A program made the position numbers and the translations under genes. The notes under the pieces were generated by a model. The model made no database searches. It was not told where the DNA came from and saw nothing but the letters and a program-made list of their open reading frames with translations. Source: an uncultured Acidobacteriota bacterium (GTDB taxonomy: Bacteria; Acidobacteriota; Vicinamibacteria; Vicinamibacterales; Fen-181). From it: a DNA stretch of 64,000 bases. This document shows positions 31,703-41,093 of the stretch, one piece after another. The stretch spans positions 45,834 to 109,833 of the forward strand of contig CAWARN010000029.1 of NCBI GenBank assembly GCA_963784455.1, written 5' to 3'. Numbering within the stretch: the first letter of the stretch is position 1; every line of letters begins with the position of its first letter.

Positions 31703-32377
31703 CTACCCGTCGAACCTGTAGCCTAGCCCACGCACGCTGACGATGAAGCGCGGCGCTTGCGGATCGGCCTCGACCTTGCGGCGCAGGTTCATGACGTGGT
31801 TGTCGATCGCGCGATCCGTCGGGCCGCTGTCGGGGCGCCACACTTCGTCGAGCAGCCGTTCGCGCGTCAGGATCCGGCCTCGGCGGCGGACGAACGTCGA
31901 GAGCAGCTTGAATTCGAGCGCCGTCGTGTCGAGCGCCACGCCCGCGCGCCGGACCTCGGCCCGCGTGAAGTCCACCTCGACGTCGCCGAAGGCATACACC
32001 TCATGCTCGTCTGGCGCGGCCCGGCGGAGCATCGCCTTGACCCGCGCGCGCAGCTCCAGAGAACTGAACGGCTTGGTGACGTAGTCGTCTGCGCCAATCT
32101 CGAGGCCGAGCACCTTCTCCGCTTCGAGCGCCTTCGCGGTCAGCATCAGCACCGGCGTCCGCATCCCGGCCTGCCGCAGCTCGCGACAGACGGTGTAGCC
32201 GTCCTTGCCTGGCAGCATGATGTCGAGCAGCACGAGGTCGAACGCTCCGCTCCGCGCCCGCTCGGATCCGGCCACGCCGTCGCGCACGACCTCGACGTCG
32301 TATGCCTCGAGCGACAAGTCGTTCTTCAGACCGAGCGCGATGCCGGCATCGTCTTCGACAATGAGGATTCGTGGCAT
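31703..32377 (-). CDS. OmpR/PhoB-family response regulator (module 1)
   Basis: RILIVEDD, LLDIMLPG, LTA, GADDYVTKPF, LRRKVE..P, VRGLGYRF. Confidence 0.95.
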   Translation of the reverse strand: MPRILIVEDDAGIALGLKNDLSLEAYDVEVVRDGVAGSERARSGAFDLVLLDIMLPGKDGYTVCRELRQAGMRTPVLMLTAKALEAEKVLGLEIGADDYVTKPFSSLELRARVKAMLRRAAPDEHEVYAFGDVEVDFTRAEVRRAGVALDTTALEFKLLSTFVRRRGRILTRERLLDEVWRPDSGPTDRAIDNHVMNLRRKVEADPQAPRFIVSVRGLGYRFDG

Positions 32378-32378
32378 A

Positions 32379-34352
32379 TCAACCGATTGCAGGAAAGAGA
32401 AGCGTGAACGTGCTGCCTTCGCCAGCTGCGCTCTGGAGCCGGATCTCCCCGCCGTGCGCCGTCACGATGTGGCGCACCAGCGCGAGGCCGACTCCGGTAC
32501 CGACCACGCCGTCACGCTCGGCGGCACGGCCGCGCACGAACTTCTCGAAGATGCGGCCCTGTTCGGCGGCCGGGATCCCCAGGCCGCGGTCGCGCACGCG
32601 GATCGCCGAGAAGCCGTCGAGGCGGCTGACTTCGACAGAGACCGTCTTGCACTCGGGTGAGTACTTCACAGCGTTGTCGAGCAGGTTCCACACCGAGCAG
32701 GCCAGCGCCGATCGGTCAGCCCGGACGAGGGGCGTGTCGTTGTGGAACTCAGTGTCGACGACGAAGCCGCTGCCTTCAACGTCGCTTTGGAACTCGGCGG
32801 CCACGTCGCGGACAACCTCGACCGGATCGACCGTGTCGAACCGGTACTGCATGGCGCCGGCCTCCATCCGCCCGAAGTTAAGAAGCCCGTCGACCAGGCG
32901 GCGCAGGCGACGGCTCTCGCGGGCAAGGACGCCGTAGAACTCGGTGCGTTCGGCCTCGCCAGCGACGCGGCCGGCCTCGAGCATCTCCGACAGGTGGCAC
33001 AGCGACGACAGCGGCGTGCGGAACTCGTGCGAGACGGCGGCCACGAACTCCGACTGCAGGCGGCTCACCGCGAGTTCGCGGCTGACGGCCCGCCCGATCA
33101 GGTAGATGCCCGCGAGCAGCAGCACCGTGATCACGGCGAGCCCAGTCCCGAGCAGGCGCTGCCTGGAGCCTGACGAGTTCAGGTCGGCGCCGGGGTCGAT
33201 GGTCAGTGCGTGGAGATTCACCGGGAGCGAGGTGCTTGCGGCAAGTCGCACGGTCTGGAGCCGCGAATCTCCAACAGGGGGCCCGACGACGACGAAGCCG
33301 TCCGGTCCGGTGAGCGTGATGGCGACGCCCTGACCGGCCAGAATGGGACGGAGTTCAGCCTCGACCTGCGCGGCCAGCCATTTCGGACCGAGCAGCAGCG
33401 CCGCCTGACGCGTCGGCCCATTGCGGCGGAGGGCGACAGCCGCACGGTCGGCTTCGCGGACGACGGCGCGGTCACCATCGCCGGATGGCGACTCGTAGAT
33501 CACACCGACCATGGCCGCGAGTGCAAGTGCGCCGGGCGTGTCCGGCCATTGTCCGGGGCGCCCGAGGACCGCGAGCGCTTCGCCGGCGTGGAACTCGTAC
33601 AGGCCGCGAGTGAGCCGCCAGTGACGCTGGCGAATCCCATCCAAAAGCGCTTCGGCGGCCTTGCGTGCCGCATCGAGGTTGGCCTGGCGCGCGAGAACCG
33701 CCAGCCGCGCTCCGGCAGCGACGAGATTGGCCGGGAGCCCTTCGCCTTCGACCGGGGTACTGCCCAACGCGGCGAGTTCGTCGTACGCCGCGAGTGCCCG
33801 GTCCCACTCACTCTGCTTCCGATGGATCCGGGCGATGCGCATCAGGGCCGTGGCGCGAGCGACACGATCGGGGCCTCGCGCCACTCGGTCGAGCATGGTG
33901 AGCGCGGCGGCGTAGTCGGCGGTCCGTATTTCGAGGTCCGCAACCCTTTCGAGGTCGGCGTTCCCGGGCAGCGGCGGCTGCGCGACCGTCGGCAGGAACG
34001 GCAATCGGCCGGCCGGATAGGCGTCGACGGCCGGCCCCGCGAACACGACGAGCACGCTGTCGTCGGGGAGCGATGCGGCCACCGCTGTAGCATCGGGCCC
34101 GAGCTGCGGCGGCGAAGCCGTCGCGATATCCCCGAGGTGATCCTCGGCCTGCGCGAGCGCACGCCGCAACGCGGACACCGACAGGTCGGCCGCGCTCTCC
34201 CGCCGCTCCTGCATCCGTTGCGCCGCCAGTTCCCGGTCCTGCCGGGCCAGTTGCCACCCGAGCCACAGCAGCGCGCACACCAGCAGCACGCCCGTTGACA
34301 GGAACAGGACGAGCAGCCGCGAGGGCGAGTGGATCCGGAGTGTTCGGAAGAT
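32379..34352 (-). CDS. Sensor histidine kinase with periplasmic TPR-like sensor (module 1)
   Basis: Two TM segments, H-box AVSHEFRTPL, NLLDNAVKYS, DRGLGI, GTGVGLA. The frame is open to 34352 (ATC); the first canonical start is GTG at 34289. Confidence 0.92.
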   Translation of the reverse strand: MFRTLRIHSPSRLLVLFLSTGVLLVCALLWLGWQLARQDRELAAQRMQERRESAADLSVSALRRALAQAEDHLGDIATASPPQLGPDATAVAASLPDDSVLVVFAGPAVDAYPAGRLPFLPTVAQPPLPGNADLERVADLEIRTADYAAALTMLDRVARGPDRVARATALMRIARIHRKQSEWDRALAAYDELAALGSTPVEGEGLPANLVAAGARLAVLARQANLDAARKAAEALLDGIRQRHWRLTRGLYEFHAGEALAVLGRPGQWPDTPGALALAAMVGVIYESPSGDGDRAVVREADRAAVALRRNGPTRQAALLLGPKWLAAQVEAELRPILAGQGVAITLTGPDGFVVVGPPVGDSRLQTVRLAASTSLPVNLHALTIDPGADLNSSGSRQRLLGTGLAVITVLLLAGIYLIGRAVSRELAVSRLQSEFVAAVSHEFRTPLSSLCHLSEMLEAGRVAGEAERTEFYGVLARESRRLRRLVDGLLNFGRMEAGAMQYRFDTVDPVEVVRDVAAEFQSDVEGSGFVVDTEFHNDTPLVRADRSALACSVWNLLDNAVKYSPECKTVSVEVSRLDGFSAIRVRDRGLGIPAAEQGRIFEKFVRGRAAERDGVVGTGVGLALVRHIVTAHGGEIRLQSAAGEGSTFTLLFPAIG

Positions 34353-34358
34353 GCGGCG

Positions 34359-34412
34359 AGTATAGCGCGGCCCGGTCGGACCGCCGTCAGCCTTCTGTCA
34401 GAGATTGGTCAG
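34359..34412 (-). promoter_or_regulatory. Putative OmpR-type triple repeat and -10 (module 1 kinase)
   Basis: Top-strand GTCAG at 34386, 34397 and 34408. TATACT at 34359-34364. Confidence 0.7.
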
Positions 34413-34421
34413 CAACGACGA

Positions 34422-35942
34422 TCACGCCCGCTGGTGGCGCAGGACGCCGGAGACGTAGACCTGCCGAACCGACGAGCGCGTCGCGCGGTGAAGGATGCGC
34501 GACAGCAGATCATCGGTCGATTCCGTCGTCGGCGCGCCGGCCGGCACGATCTGCCGCCAGTCGAGCACGATGAAGTCGGCCGCCTTCCCCTTCTCCAAAC
34601 TGCCGACGTCGTCGAACCCGAGCGCCTTCGCGCCGCCGACGGTCGCCGTCCGAAGCAGTTCGGCCGGACTCGGTGCGCGGCCCTCGAGCAGGTGCACGGT
34701 CCAAGACATGCGGGCAACGCGGAAGATGGAGAGATCGGGCCCGGCGCCCACATCCGAACCCAGGCCGACGCGCGCGACCTGGGCGCGCTGCCAGTTCATG
34801 ACGCCGCTGCCGAGGAAGACGTTCGACGTCGGACAGTGGGCGATGGCGCACGGCGCGAGGTGCTGCCACTCCCGCGCGGTGAGCCAGATGGCGTGCGCGA
34901 AGAGGCTTCGCGGCGTCACCAGGCCCGCGTCCTCGTAGACCTCGAGATACTCCCGGCCGAACCGCTCGCGCACCGCCTGGCACTCGTCCTGCTGCTCGGC
35001 CAGATGCGTCTGGATGGGGAGGTTCTTCTCGCGGGCGAGGTCGCCGCACCCTTCGAGCAGCTCGCGCGTGCACGACAGGGCGAAACGCGGCGTCACCGCG
35101 AAGCGAAGCTTCGGGCGATCGAGCTTCGCGAGCGTGCGCGCCTCGTCCAGCACGCGCTTCGTCGTCACCTTGCGATACGCCCCGTCGTCCATCAGCGGCG
35201 GGCCGATCCACGCGTGCACGCCGACTTCCTCGGCCGCCTTGAAGCAGGCTTCCACGGAGTCCGGCCACGCGGACGTGTAAAGCGCCGCTGTTGTGGTGCC
35301 CTGCACCAGCATCTCGTGCATGAAGTCGCGCGAGAGCGTCAGCGCGCGCTCGCCCCGGAAGCGCTTTTCGAGAGGGAACGTCCACTTGCGCAGCCACTCG
35401 AGCAGGTCTTCGGGATGCACGCCGCAGATGGGGAGTTGCGGCACGTGGGCGTGGGTGTCCACGAGGCCAGGGAAGAGGATGTGCGGGCGCAGGTCGGTGT
35501 AGTGCTTCGGCAGAGCCGACTCCGACGCGCGCCTCTTCCACGGGCCGGCGTGGACGATCTTCCCGTCGAGCACGTCGAGGCGGCCGTCGTTCCAGTCGGC
35601 CCAGCCGGAGTCGCCGACGGGCGTGAGGACATGAGCACGGTAGATGGCGACAGCCTCCGGCGGGCGACTGGCGACTTGCGGCTTGCGCCCGGCACGCGAG
35701 GGGCCGGTGCGGACCGGGCCGGCGCGAAGGGCGACTGTGAGGTCCGCCGAACCGGAGCCCGGAGCGACGGACCGGGCCACGACGGCCGTCTCATCGGCCG
35801 GCCGCCTCAACGGGGCTGAAGCCACATGAGACGAACCGGGCCACGACCCTTCGACACGCTCAGGGTCGTCCCGAGCAACGTCGAGGGACGACTGACGTCT
35901 CATCGAAGGGCGCTTGGCCCCTTCCGGCCGCGGTCCGCTCAT
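34422..35942 (-). CDS. guaD: Guanine deaminase (amidohydrolase)
   Basis: PGLVDTHAHVPQ, LLEWLRKWTFPLE, GTTTA, VTPRFALSC, QTHLAE, HCPTSN.FLGSG, GSDVGAG. Start uncertain: ATG 35942 (ATGA overlap) or GTG 35825. Confidence 0.88.
   Translation of the reverse strand: MSGPRPEGAKRPSMRRQSSLDVARDDPERVEGSWPGSSHVASAPLRRPADETAVVARSVAPGSGSADLTVALRAGPVRTGPSRAGRKPQVASRPPEAVAIYRAHVLTPVGDSGWADWNDGRLDVLDGKIVHAGPWKRRASESALPKHYTDLRPHILFPGLVDTHAHVPQLPICGVHPEDLLEWLRKWTFPLEKRFRGERALTLSRDFMHEMLVQGTTTAALYTSAWPDSVEACFKAAEEVGVHAWIGPPLMDDGAYRKVTTKRVLDEARTLAKLDRPKLRFAVTPRFALSCTRELLEGCGDLAREKNLPIQTHLAEQQDECQAVRERFGREYLEVYEDAGLVTPRSLFAHAIWLTAREWQHLAPCAIAHCPTSNVFLGSGVMNWQRAQVARVGLGSDVGAGPDLSIFRVARMSWTVHLLEGRAPSPAELLRTATVGGAKALGFDDVGSLEKGKAADFIVLDWRQIVPAGAPTTESTDDLLSRILHRATRSSVRQVYVSGVLRHQRA
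35846..35892 (+). repeat. CCCTTCG..GCTCAGGGTCG..CCGAGC..GTCGAGGG palindromic element
   Basis: Near-identical element at 40997-41052. Confidence 0.7.
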
Positions 35943-36759
35943 GTCGTCTCCGTCCAGAACTGGCGAAGCAGGTTGCACGCGACGCGCAGGCGGTACTCGG
36001 CCGTCGATCGGATGTCGTCGATCGGTGCGATCTCGGTGACGAGCGTGGCCACAGCCTCGTCGATCGAACCGCCGCCGGCCAGCACCGCCTCGGTTCGCGG
36101 AACGCGAACGACCGTCGGCGCGACGCTGCCGAACGCGATGCGCGGGCGAGGTGCGCGCACGGCCGCGATGACGACCTTCGAGATCGCCTGCGCCGCCCGC
36201 GTGCCGACCTTGCGGAACCACTGCCCGCCAGGGACCGGCGGGATCTCGATCGCCGCGACAAGCTCGTCGGGCCGCATCACCGTCTTGCGGTAGCCGGTGT
36301 AGAAGCCGTTGAACGGCACCCGGCGCACGCCGCCCGCGCTCCGGAGCACCACGACCGCATCGACGGCGGCCAGCACCGGGAGGCTGTCACCGGCCGGCGA
36401 TCCATTGGCAACGTTGCCGCCGAGCGTGCCCCTGTTCTGGATCTGGACGGCGCCAATCTCGCGGGCCGCGGCGGCGAGCATCGGCACGCGCCTGCGGACA
36501 ACAGGCGACCGCATGATCTCGCTGAACGTCGTCAATGCCCCAATCGACACGGCCTCGTCATATATCGTGATGCCGCGAAGCGCGTCGAGATTCCAGAGAT
36601 TCAGATACCGAGAGCCCGGCGCCGAGCCCGCGTTGAAGAGGACGTAGATGTCCGTGCCGCCGGCGAGCGGCACGATGGGTTGCCGATCGCGAAGACGTCG
36701 AGCGCGTGCTTCAGCGACCGCGGCTCGACGAGCTCGAGGGTGGAGATGGCGGTTCTCAT
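35939..36759 (-). CDS. Xanthine dehydrogenase family FAD-binding (medium) subunit, frameshift near the 5' end
   Basis: PLAGGTD, IGALTT, QIQNRGTLGGNVANGSPAGD, PIDDIRSTAEYR. ATG 36759 overlaps the upstream stop. Confidence 0.9.
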
Positions 36760-37304
36760 TTCGCCGCCTTTCCGCCTTCGCCCCGCCTTCGCTTGCTGAC
36801 GTGAGCGTCGGCGCGGCTTCGGCGAGACAAGCCTGGCTTCAGTGTGGGCGCCTTTCCCGGCTTCCCGGCCCCCGCCTTCCGCCTTGACCGTTCAATCGCC
36901 CGGTAGATCCCCTTGTACCCCGTGCACCGGCAGATGTTGCCCGCGAGGCCGACACGGACGTCATCGCGGGACGCGTTCTTCGGAAGGGCTGCGGCGGCCA
37001 TGATCATCCCCGGCGTGCAGATGCCGCACTGCGTGCCGCCCTCGTTGACGAAGGCCTGCTGCAGGGGATGGCGTCCGCGGAGGCCCTCGATCGTCTTCAC
37101 CGACCGGCCCCGCACCTGTCCGAAGGGCACGAGGCAGGCGTTGACGGCCTGGCCATCCAGCAGGACCGTGCACGCGCCGCACTCGCCCTCGCCGCACCCT
37201 TCCTTGGTGCCCGTCAGGCCGCACTCCTCGCGCAGCACGTCGAGCAGGCGCTTCATCGGGTGCGCCCGGACGTCCGCGCTCTTGCCGTTCAACACGAATC
37301 GCAC
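36756..37304 (-). CDS. Xanthine dehydrogenase family (2Fe-2S) small subunit
   Basis: TGTKEGCGEGECGACTV, NACL, QCGICTPG, GNICRCTGY. Confidence 0.93.
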   Translation of the reverse strand: MRFVLNGKSADVRAHPMKRLLDVLREECGLTGTKEGCGEGECGACTVLLDGQAVNACLVPFGQVRGRSVKTIEGLRGRHPLQQAFVNEGGTQCGICTPGMIMAAAALPKNASRDDVRVGLAGNICRCTGYKGIYRAIERSRRKAGAGKPGKAPTLKPGLSRRSRADAHVSKRRRGEGGKAAK

Positions 37305-37330
37305 AGGGAGTCTCCGATTTGGTTATCGTC

Positions 37331-37422
37331 GTCAGTGGCTAGTGGCTAGCGGCGAGTTGTCAGTGGCCGGTCCGTCGCGCGGGACTGACTGACCACTAGC
37401 CACTGACCACTGGTCACTACTG
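37331..37422. repeat. Inverted pair of heptamer arrays (CAGTGGY...RCCACTG)
   Basis: gtcagtggctagtggctag...cagtggcc facing actgaccactagccactgaccactgg; same design at 43714-43797. Confidence 0.75.
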
Positions 37423-37423
37423 T

Positions 37424-39545
37424 CTACATCGCCTTCCGCCGTCCATCGTCAGCCGCCATGATCCGCTCCGGCGTCATCGGAAGCGACCGGACGTCCAGGC
37501 CCAGGTGCCGGACGGCGTTCGCCACCGCCGGCGGCGCGCCGTCGAACGGCAGTTCGCCGACGCCCTTCGCCCCGAACGGGCCGTGCCGGTATGCGTTCTC
37601 CACGATCACCACGTCGATCTTCGGCGTATCCATCGTCGTCGGGACGATGTAGTTGGTGAGCTGCGCGTTGGCCATGCGGCCGTCGCGCACCACCACCTCT
37701 TCGAGCAGCGCGTAGCCGATGCCCTGCGAGCGTGCCGCCCTCGATCTGCCCGGCCGCGAGCCGGGGATTCAGCGCCTTGCCGATCTCCTGCACGGCCGTG
37801 ACGCGCACCGGCCGGATCTCGTACGTGACCGGATCGAACTCGACCTCGGCGACGTCGCACCCCCAGGCGTAGGTGCCGTAGGCGTCGCCGCGATAGGTGG
37901 TCTCGTCGAATGCCGCCGCCGTCGGCGCCTCGTACTGCCTGGTCACGACCAGCGGGCCGTGCCGGCGGAGGTACTCGCGGGGCGTGAGCCGGCCCAGCGC
38001 CCGCTTCATCTCCACGGCGCAGCGCTGGAGCAGTCCGCCCACGACCATCGTGGTACGCGACGCCACTGTCGGGCCGCTGTCTGGCACGCTGGCGGTGTCG
38101 GCGCGTGCGACGTCGATGGCGTCGAAGGGGAGGCCGAGCGTGTCGGCGACGATCTGCGCGTGGACGGTACGCGCTCCCTGGCCGATGTCGGTGCTCGACG
38201 ACCAGGATGCGCGCGCCCCGCTCGGTCAGCTCGAGCGAGGCCTTCGACGCGAGTCTGACCTCGCCGGAGCCGGTGAATCCGGCGCCGTGGAAGAAGAGCG
38301 CCAGGCCGAGGCCGCGATTCGTGCCGCGAAGCTGGCGCCGGCGCCGTCTGAAGTCGGTGCGCTTCACCGCTTCGCGCAGCACCTTGAGCGCGCTCGTGTC
38401 GCGGCCCAGCACCTGGCCGGTGGCGGTCGTGTCGCCGGGTCGGAGCGCGTTGATCTCGCGTAACGTCACGGGATCCATCCCGAGGCGCTCCGCCACGCGC
38501 TCCATCTGAACCTCGGCGGCGAACTGCGTCTGCGGCGCGCCGAAGCCGCGGAACGCGCCGTTCGGCGGCGTGTTCGTCATCACGACGCGGCCGTTGACCC
38601 TGACGTTGTCGCAGCGATAGGGCCCGCTCGCGTGGATGACGCCGCGGCACAGCACGACCGGGCTGAGCGTCACGTAGGCGCCGCCGTCGAGCAGGACGTC
38701 GACGTCGATGGCCGTCAGCCGGCCGTCGCGCGTCACGCCGGTCCGGTGATCCGGACGATGGCCGGGTGCCGCTTGGTGGTGGCCACCATGTCCTCGGCGC
38801 GGTCGTAGACCATCTTCACCGGCCGTCCGGACTTCAGCGCCAGCAGGCTCGCGTGCGCGGCGAGGATCGACGGGTACTCCTCCTTGCCGCCGAACCCGCC
38901 GCCCGTCTCGGCCTGCACGACGCGGACCTTATCCGGCGGAAGGCCGAGCGCGACGCACAGCGCCTTCTGCACGTAGTAGGGGCACTGCAGCGAGCCGTGG
39001 AGCGTGATGCCGCCGTTCTCGGGGACGGCGATCACGCCGTTGGTCTCGATGTAGACGTGCTCCTGGTGACCGACGCGGTACTCGCCCTCGACAATCTCGT
39101 CGGCGAGGCGGAAGCCCGCCTCGACGTCGCCCTTGCTGATGGCGACCGACTTGAAGACCTTGGGCGAGTGCAGCGGGTCGAACACCGGCTCGGACGGCTC
39201 GTACTCGATGTCGACGTCGGCCGTGATCAGGCGCTCTCGATCCGCATGCGCGAGCAGCAGGATCGGCTCCGCGTAGTGTCGGACCACCCGCTCGGCCAGG
39301 CACGGCTGATCGTCGACGATGAGCGCGACGATGTTGCGGCCTGGAATGTCGCGGTGATCGACGACGGTGAACCCGGCCTGGTCGAACAGGAGGTTCACCG
39401 CGCGGATGCGCCCGCAGGCGATCGTCGAACGGACCGTCCGCCCGTGCAGCATTTCCGGGAAGACGAGGTCGTCGACGTATTTCGCCGCCCCGGTGACTCT
39501 CTCCACGCCGTCGCGGCGCGGGACGTTGCGGCCAATGGTTGACAT
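37424..39545 (-). CDS. Xanthine dehydrogenase family molybdopterin-binding (large) subunit, several frameshifts
   Basis: [63 protein letters not shown]. Confidence 0.92.
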
Positions 39546-39574
39546 AGACAGGCTCAAGGCTCAGGGCTCAAGGC

Positions 39575-40960
39575 TCAGGCCGTCGCGCTTGTGAACGGCG
39601 CACGCTTCAGGAACTGCCCGCGGCCGGGCGTGCCGACGTACCGGCCGCCCGAGACGACGACCTCTCCGCGGGCGAGGACCAGCTCGACGGCCCCGCGAAG
39701 CGTTCGTCCTTCGTACGGATTGTAGTCCACCCGCATGTGATGCGACGCCGCGGAGATGACGGTGGTCCCCGCAGGGTCGAAGATGACGATGTCGGCTTCG
39801 GCGCCCTCGGCGACCGCACCCTTTCTCGGTGCGAGGCCGAAGATCCGCGCGGGCGCGGCGGCGGTGATATCCACGAACCGCTCCAGCGAGAGCCGGCCGC
39901 CAGCGACGCCGGCGTCGTAGAGCAGGGCCATCCGATGCTCGATGCCGGGCACTCCGTTCGGGATCCGGGAGAAGTCGTCGAGACCACGCGCCTTGTCGGC
40001 CGTCATAAACGGGCAGTGATCCGTCGCTACGACCTGGATGTCTCCGCGTTCGAGGCCGGCCCAGAGCGCTTCCTGGTCTCCGGGCGTTCGAAGCGGCGGG
40101 CTCATGACGAACTTCGCGGCTTCAGCGCTTTCGGCGTCGTACGCCGCATCCGTCAGCAGCAGGTACTGCGGGCAGGTTTCAGCCAGGATGTCGAGGCCGC
40201 GCTCGCGGGCCGCCGCGATTCGCGTCAGCCCCAGCGCGCTGGAAAGATGGACGACGTAGAGCGAGGCGCCGGCCTTTTCCGCCAGAGCGATTCCGCGCCG
40301 CACCGCCTCGGCTTCGACCAGCGGCGGCCGTGTGTGCGCGTGAAACAGAGGTTCGGTGTGGCCGGCGGCGAGGGCCTCGTGGACGAGCACGTCGATGGCC
40401 GGTCCGTTCTCGGCATGGAGGCAGACCAGCCCGCCAACCTCCGCCGCCCGCCGCAGGACGCGGAGGATCTCGTCGTCGTTCAGCATCAGGCGGCCCGGGT
40501 AGGCCATGAAGAGCTTGAACGACGTCACGCCCTCGGTTACGAGCGATGCCATCTCCCCTTCGACGTCAGGGCGGTGGTCCGCAATGCAGACGTGAAACCC
40601 GAAGTCGATCACGGCTTGCCCGGCGGCGCGCGCCATCCACTGACCCAGGGCCTCGCGAAGCGATCCGCCCTTCGTCTGCGTCGCATAGTCCACAACGGTC
40701 GTCGTGCCGCCGCACGCGGCCGCACTCGTACCGCTGGCGAAGTCGTCGGCGGTGCGGATGTCGCCGAACGGCATGTCGAGGTGCGTGTGGACATCCACGC
40801 CGCCCGGCAGCAGCAGGCGACCCGTCGCGTCGATCTCTCGATCGGCCCGATCGGCGAGATCGACGCCGATGGCGGCGATGCGCTCGCCATCCACCAGAAC
40901 ATCGGCCCGCCGCTGGCCGTCGGCGTTGACGATGGTCCCGTGACGAAGCAGGGTGCGCAT
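39575..40960 (-). CDS. hydA: Dihydropyrimidinase / hydantoinase
   Basis: PGGVDVHTH, CGGTTT, SFKLFMAY, HAENG, AETCPQYL, MSPPLR, ATDHCPF, IPNG.PG.E.R, HMRVDYNPYEG. Confidence 0.95.
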   Translation of the reverse strand: MRTLLRHGTIVNADGQRRADVLVDGERIAAIGVDLADRADREIDATGRLLLPGGVDVHTHLDMPFGDIRTADDFASGTSAAACGGTTTVVDYATQTKGGSLREALGQWMARAAGQAVIDFGFHVCIADHRPDVEGEMASLVTEGVTSFKLFMAYPGRLMLNDDEILRVLRRAAEVGGLVCLHAENGPAIDVLVHEALAAGHTEPLFHAHTRPPLVEAEAVRRGIALAEKAGASLYVVHLSSALGLTRIAAARERGLDILAETCPQYLLLTDAAYDAESAEAAKFVMSPPLRTPGDQEALWAGLERGDIQVVATDHCPFMTADKARGLDDFSRIPNGVPGIEHRMALLYDAGVAGGRLSLERFVDITAAAPARIFGLAPRKGAVAEGAEADIVIFDPAGTTVISAASHHMRVDYNPYEGRTLRGAVELVLARGEVVVSGGRYVGTPGRGQFLKRAPFTSATA

Positions 40961-40996
40961 GGACGAGAGGATTATACTGACGCAGGGAGATCTTGC

Positions 40997-41052
40997 GACC
41001 CTTCGGCTCGCTTCGCTCGCTCAGGGTCGCCCCGAGCGGCGTCGAGGGGCGA
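40997..41052 (+). repeat. CCCTTCG..GCTCAGGGTCG element in the hydA/xdh divergent region
   Basis: gacccttcggctcgcttcgctcgctcagggtcgccccgagcggcgtcgaggggcga, followed by GCGATCGT octamer repeats. Confidence 0.7.
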
Positions 41053-41093
41053 TCGTGCGATCCTTGCGATCGTGCGAGTTGGAAATCAGGCCG

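Noticed and set aside
40961-41093. Purine or Moco riboswitch in the hydA/xdh divergent region
   Set aside because: The structured sequence is explained by a repeat element also present at 35846 plus octamer repeats. I recognise no riboswitch consensus; an Infernal/Rfam scan would be decisive.
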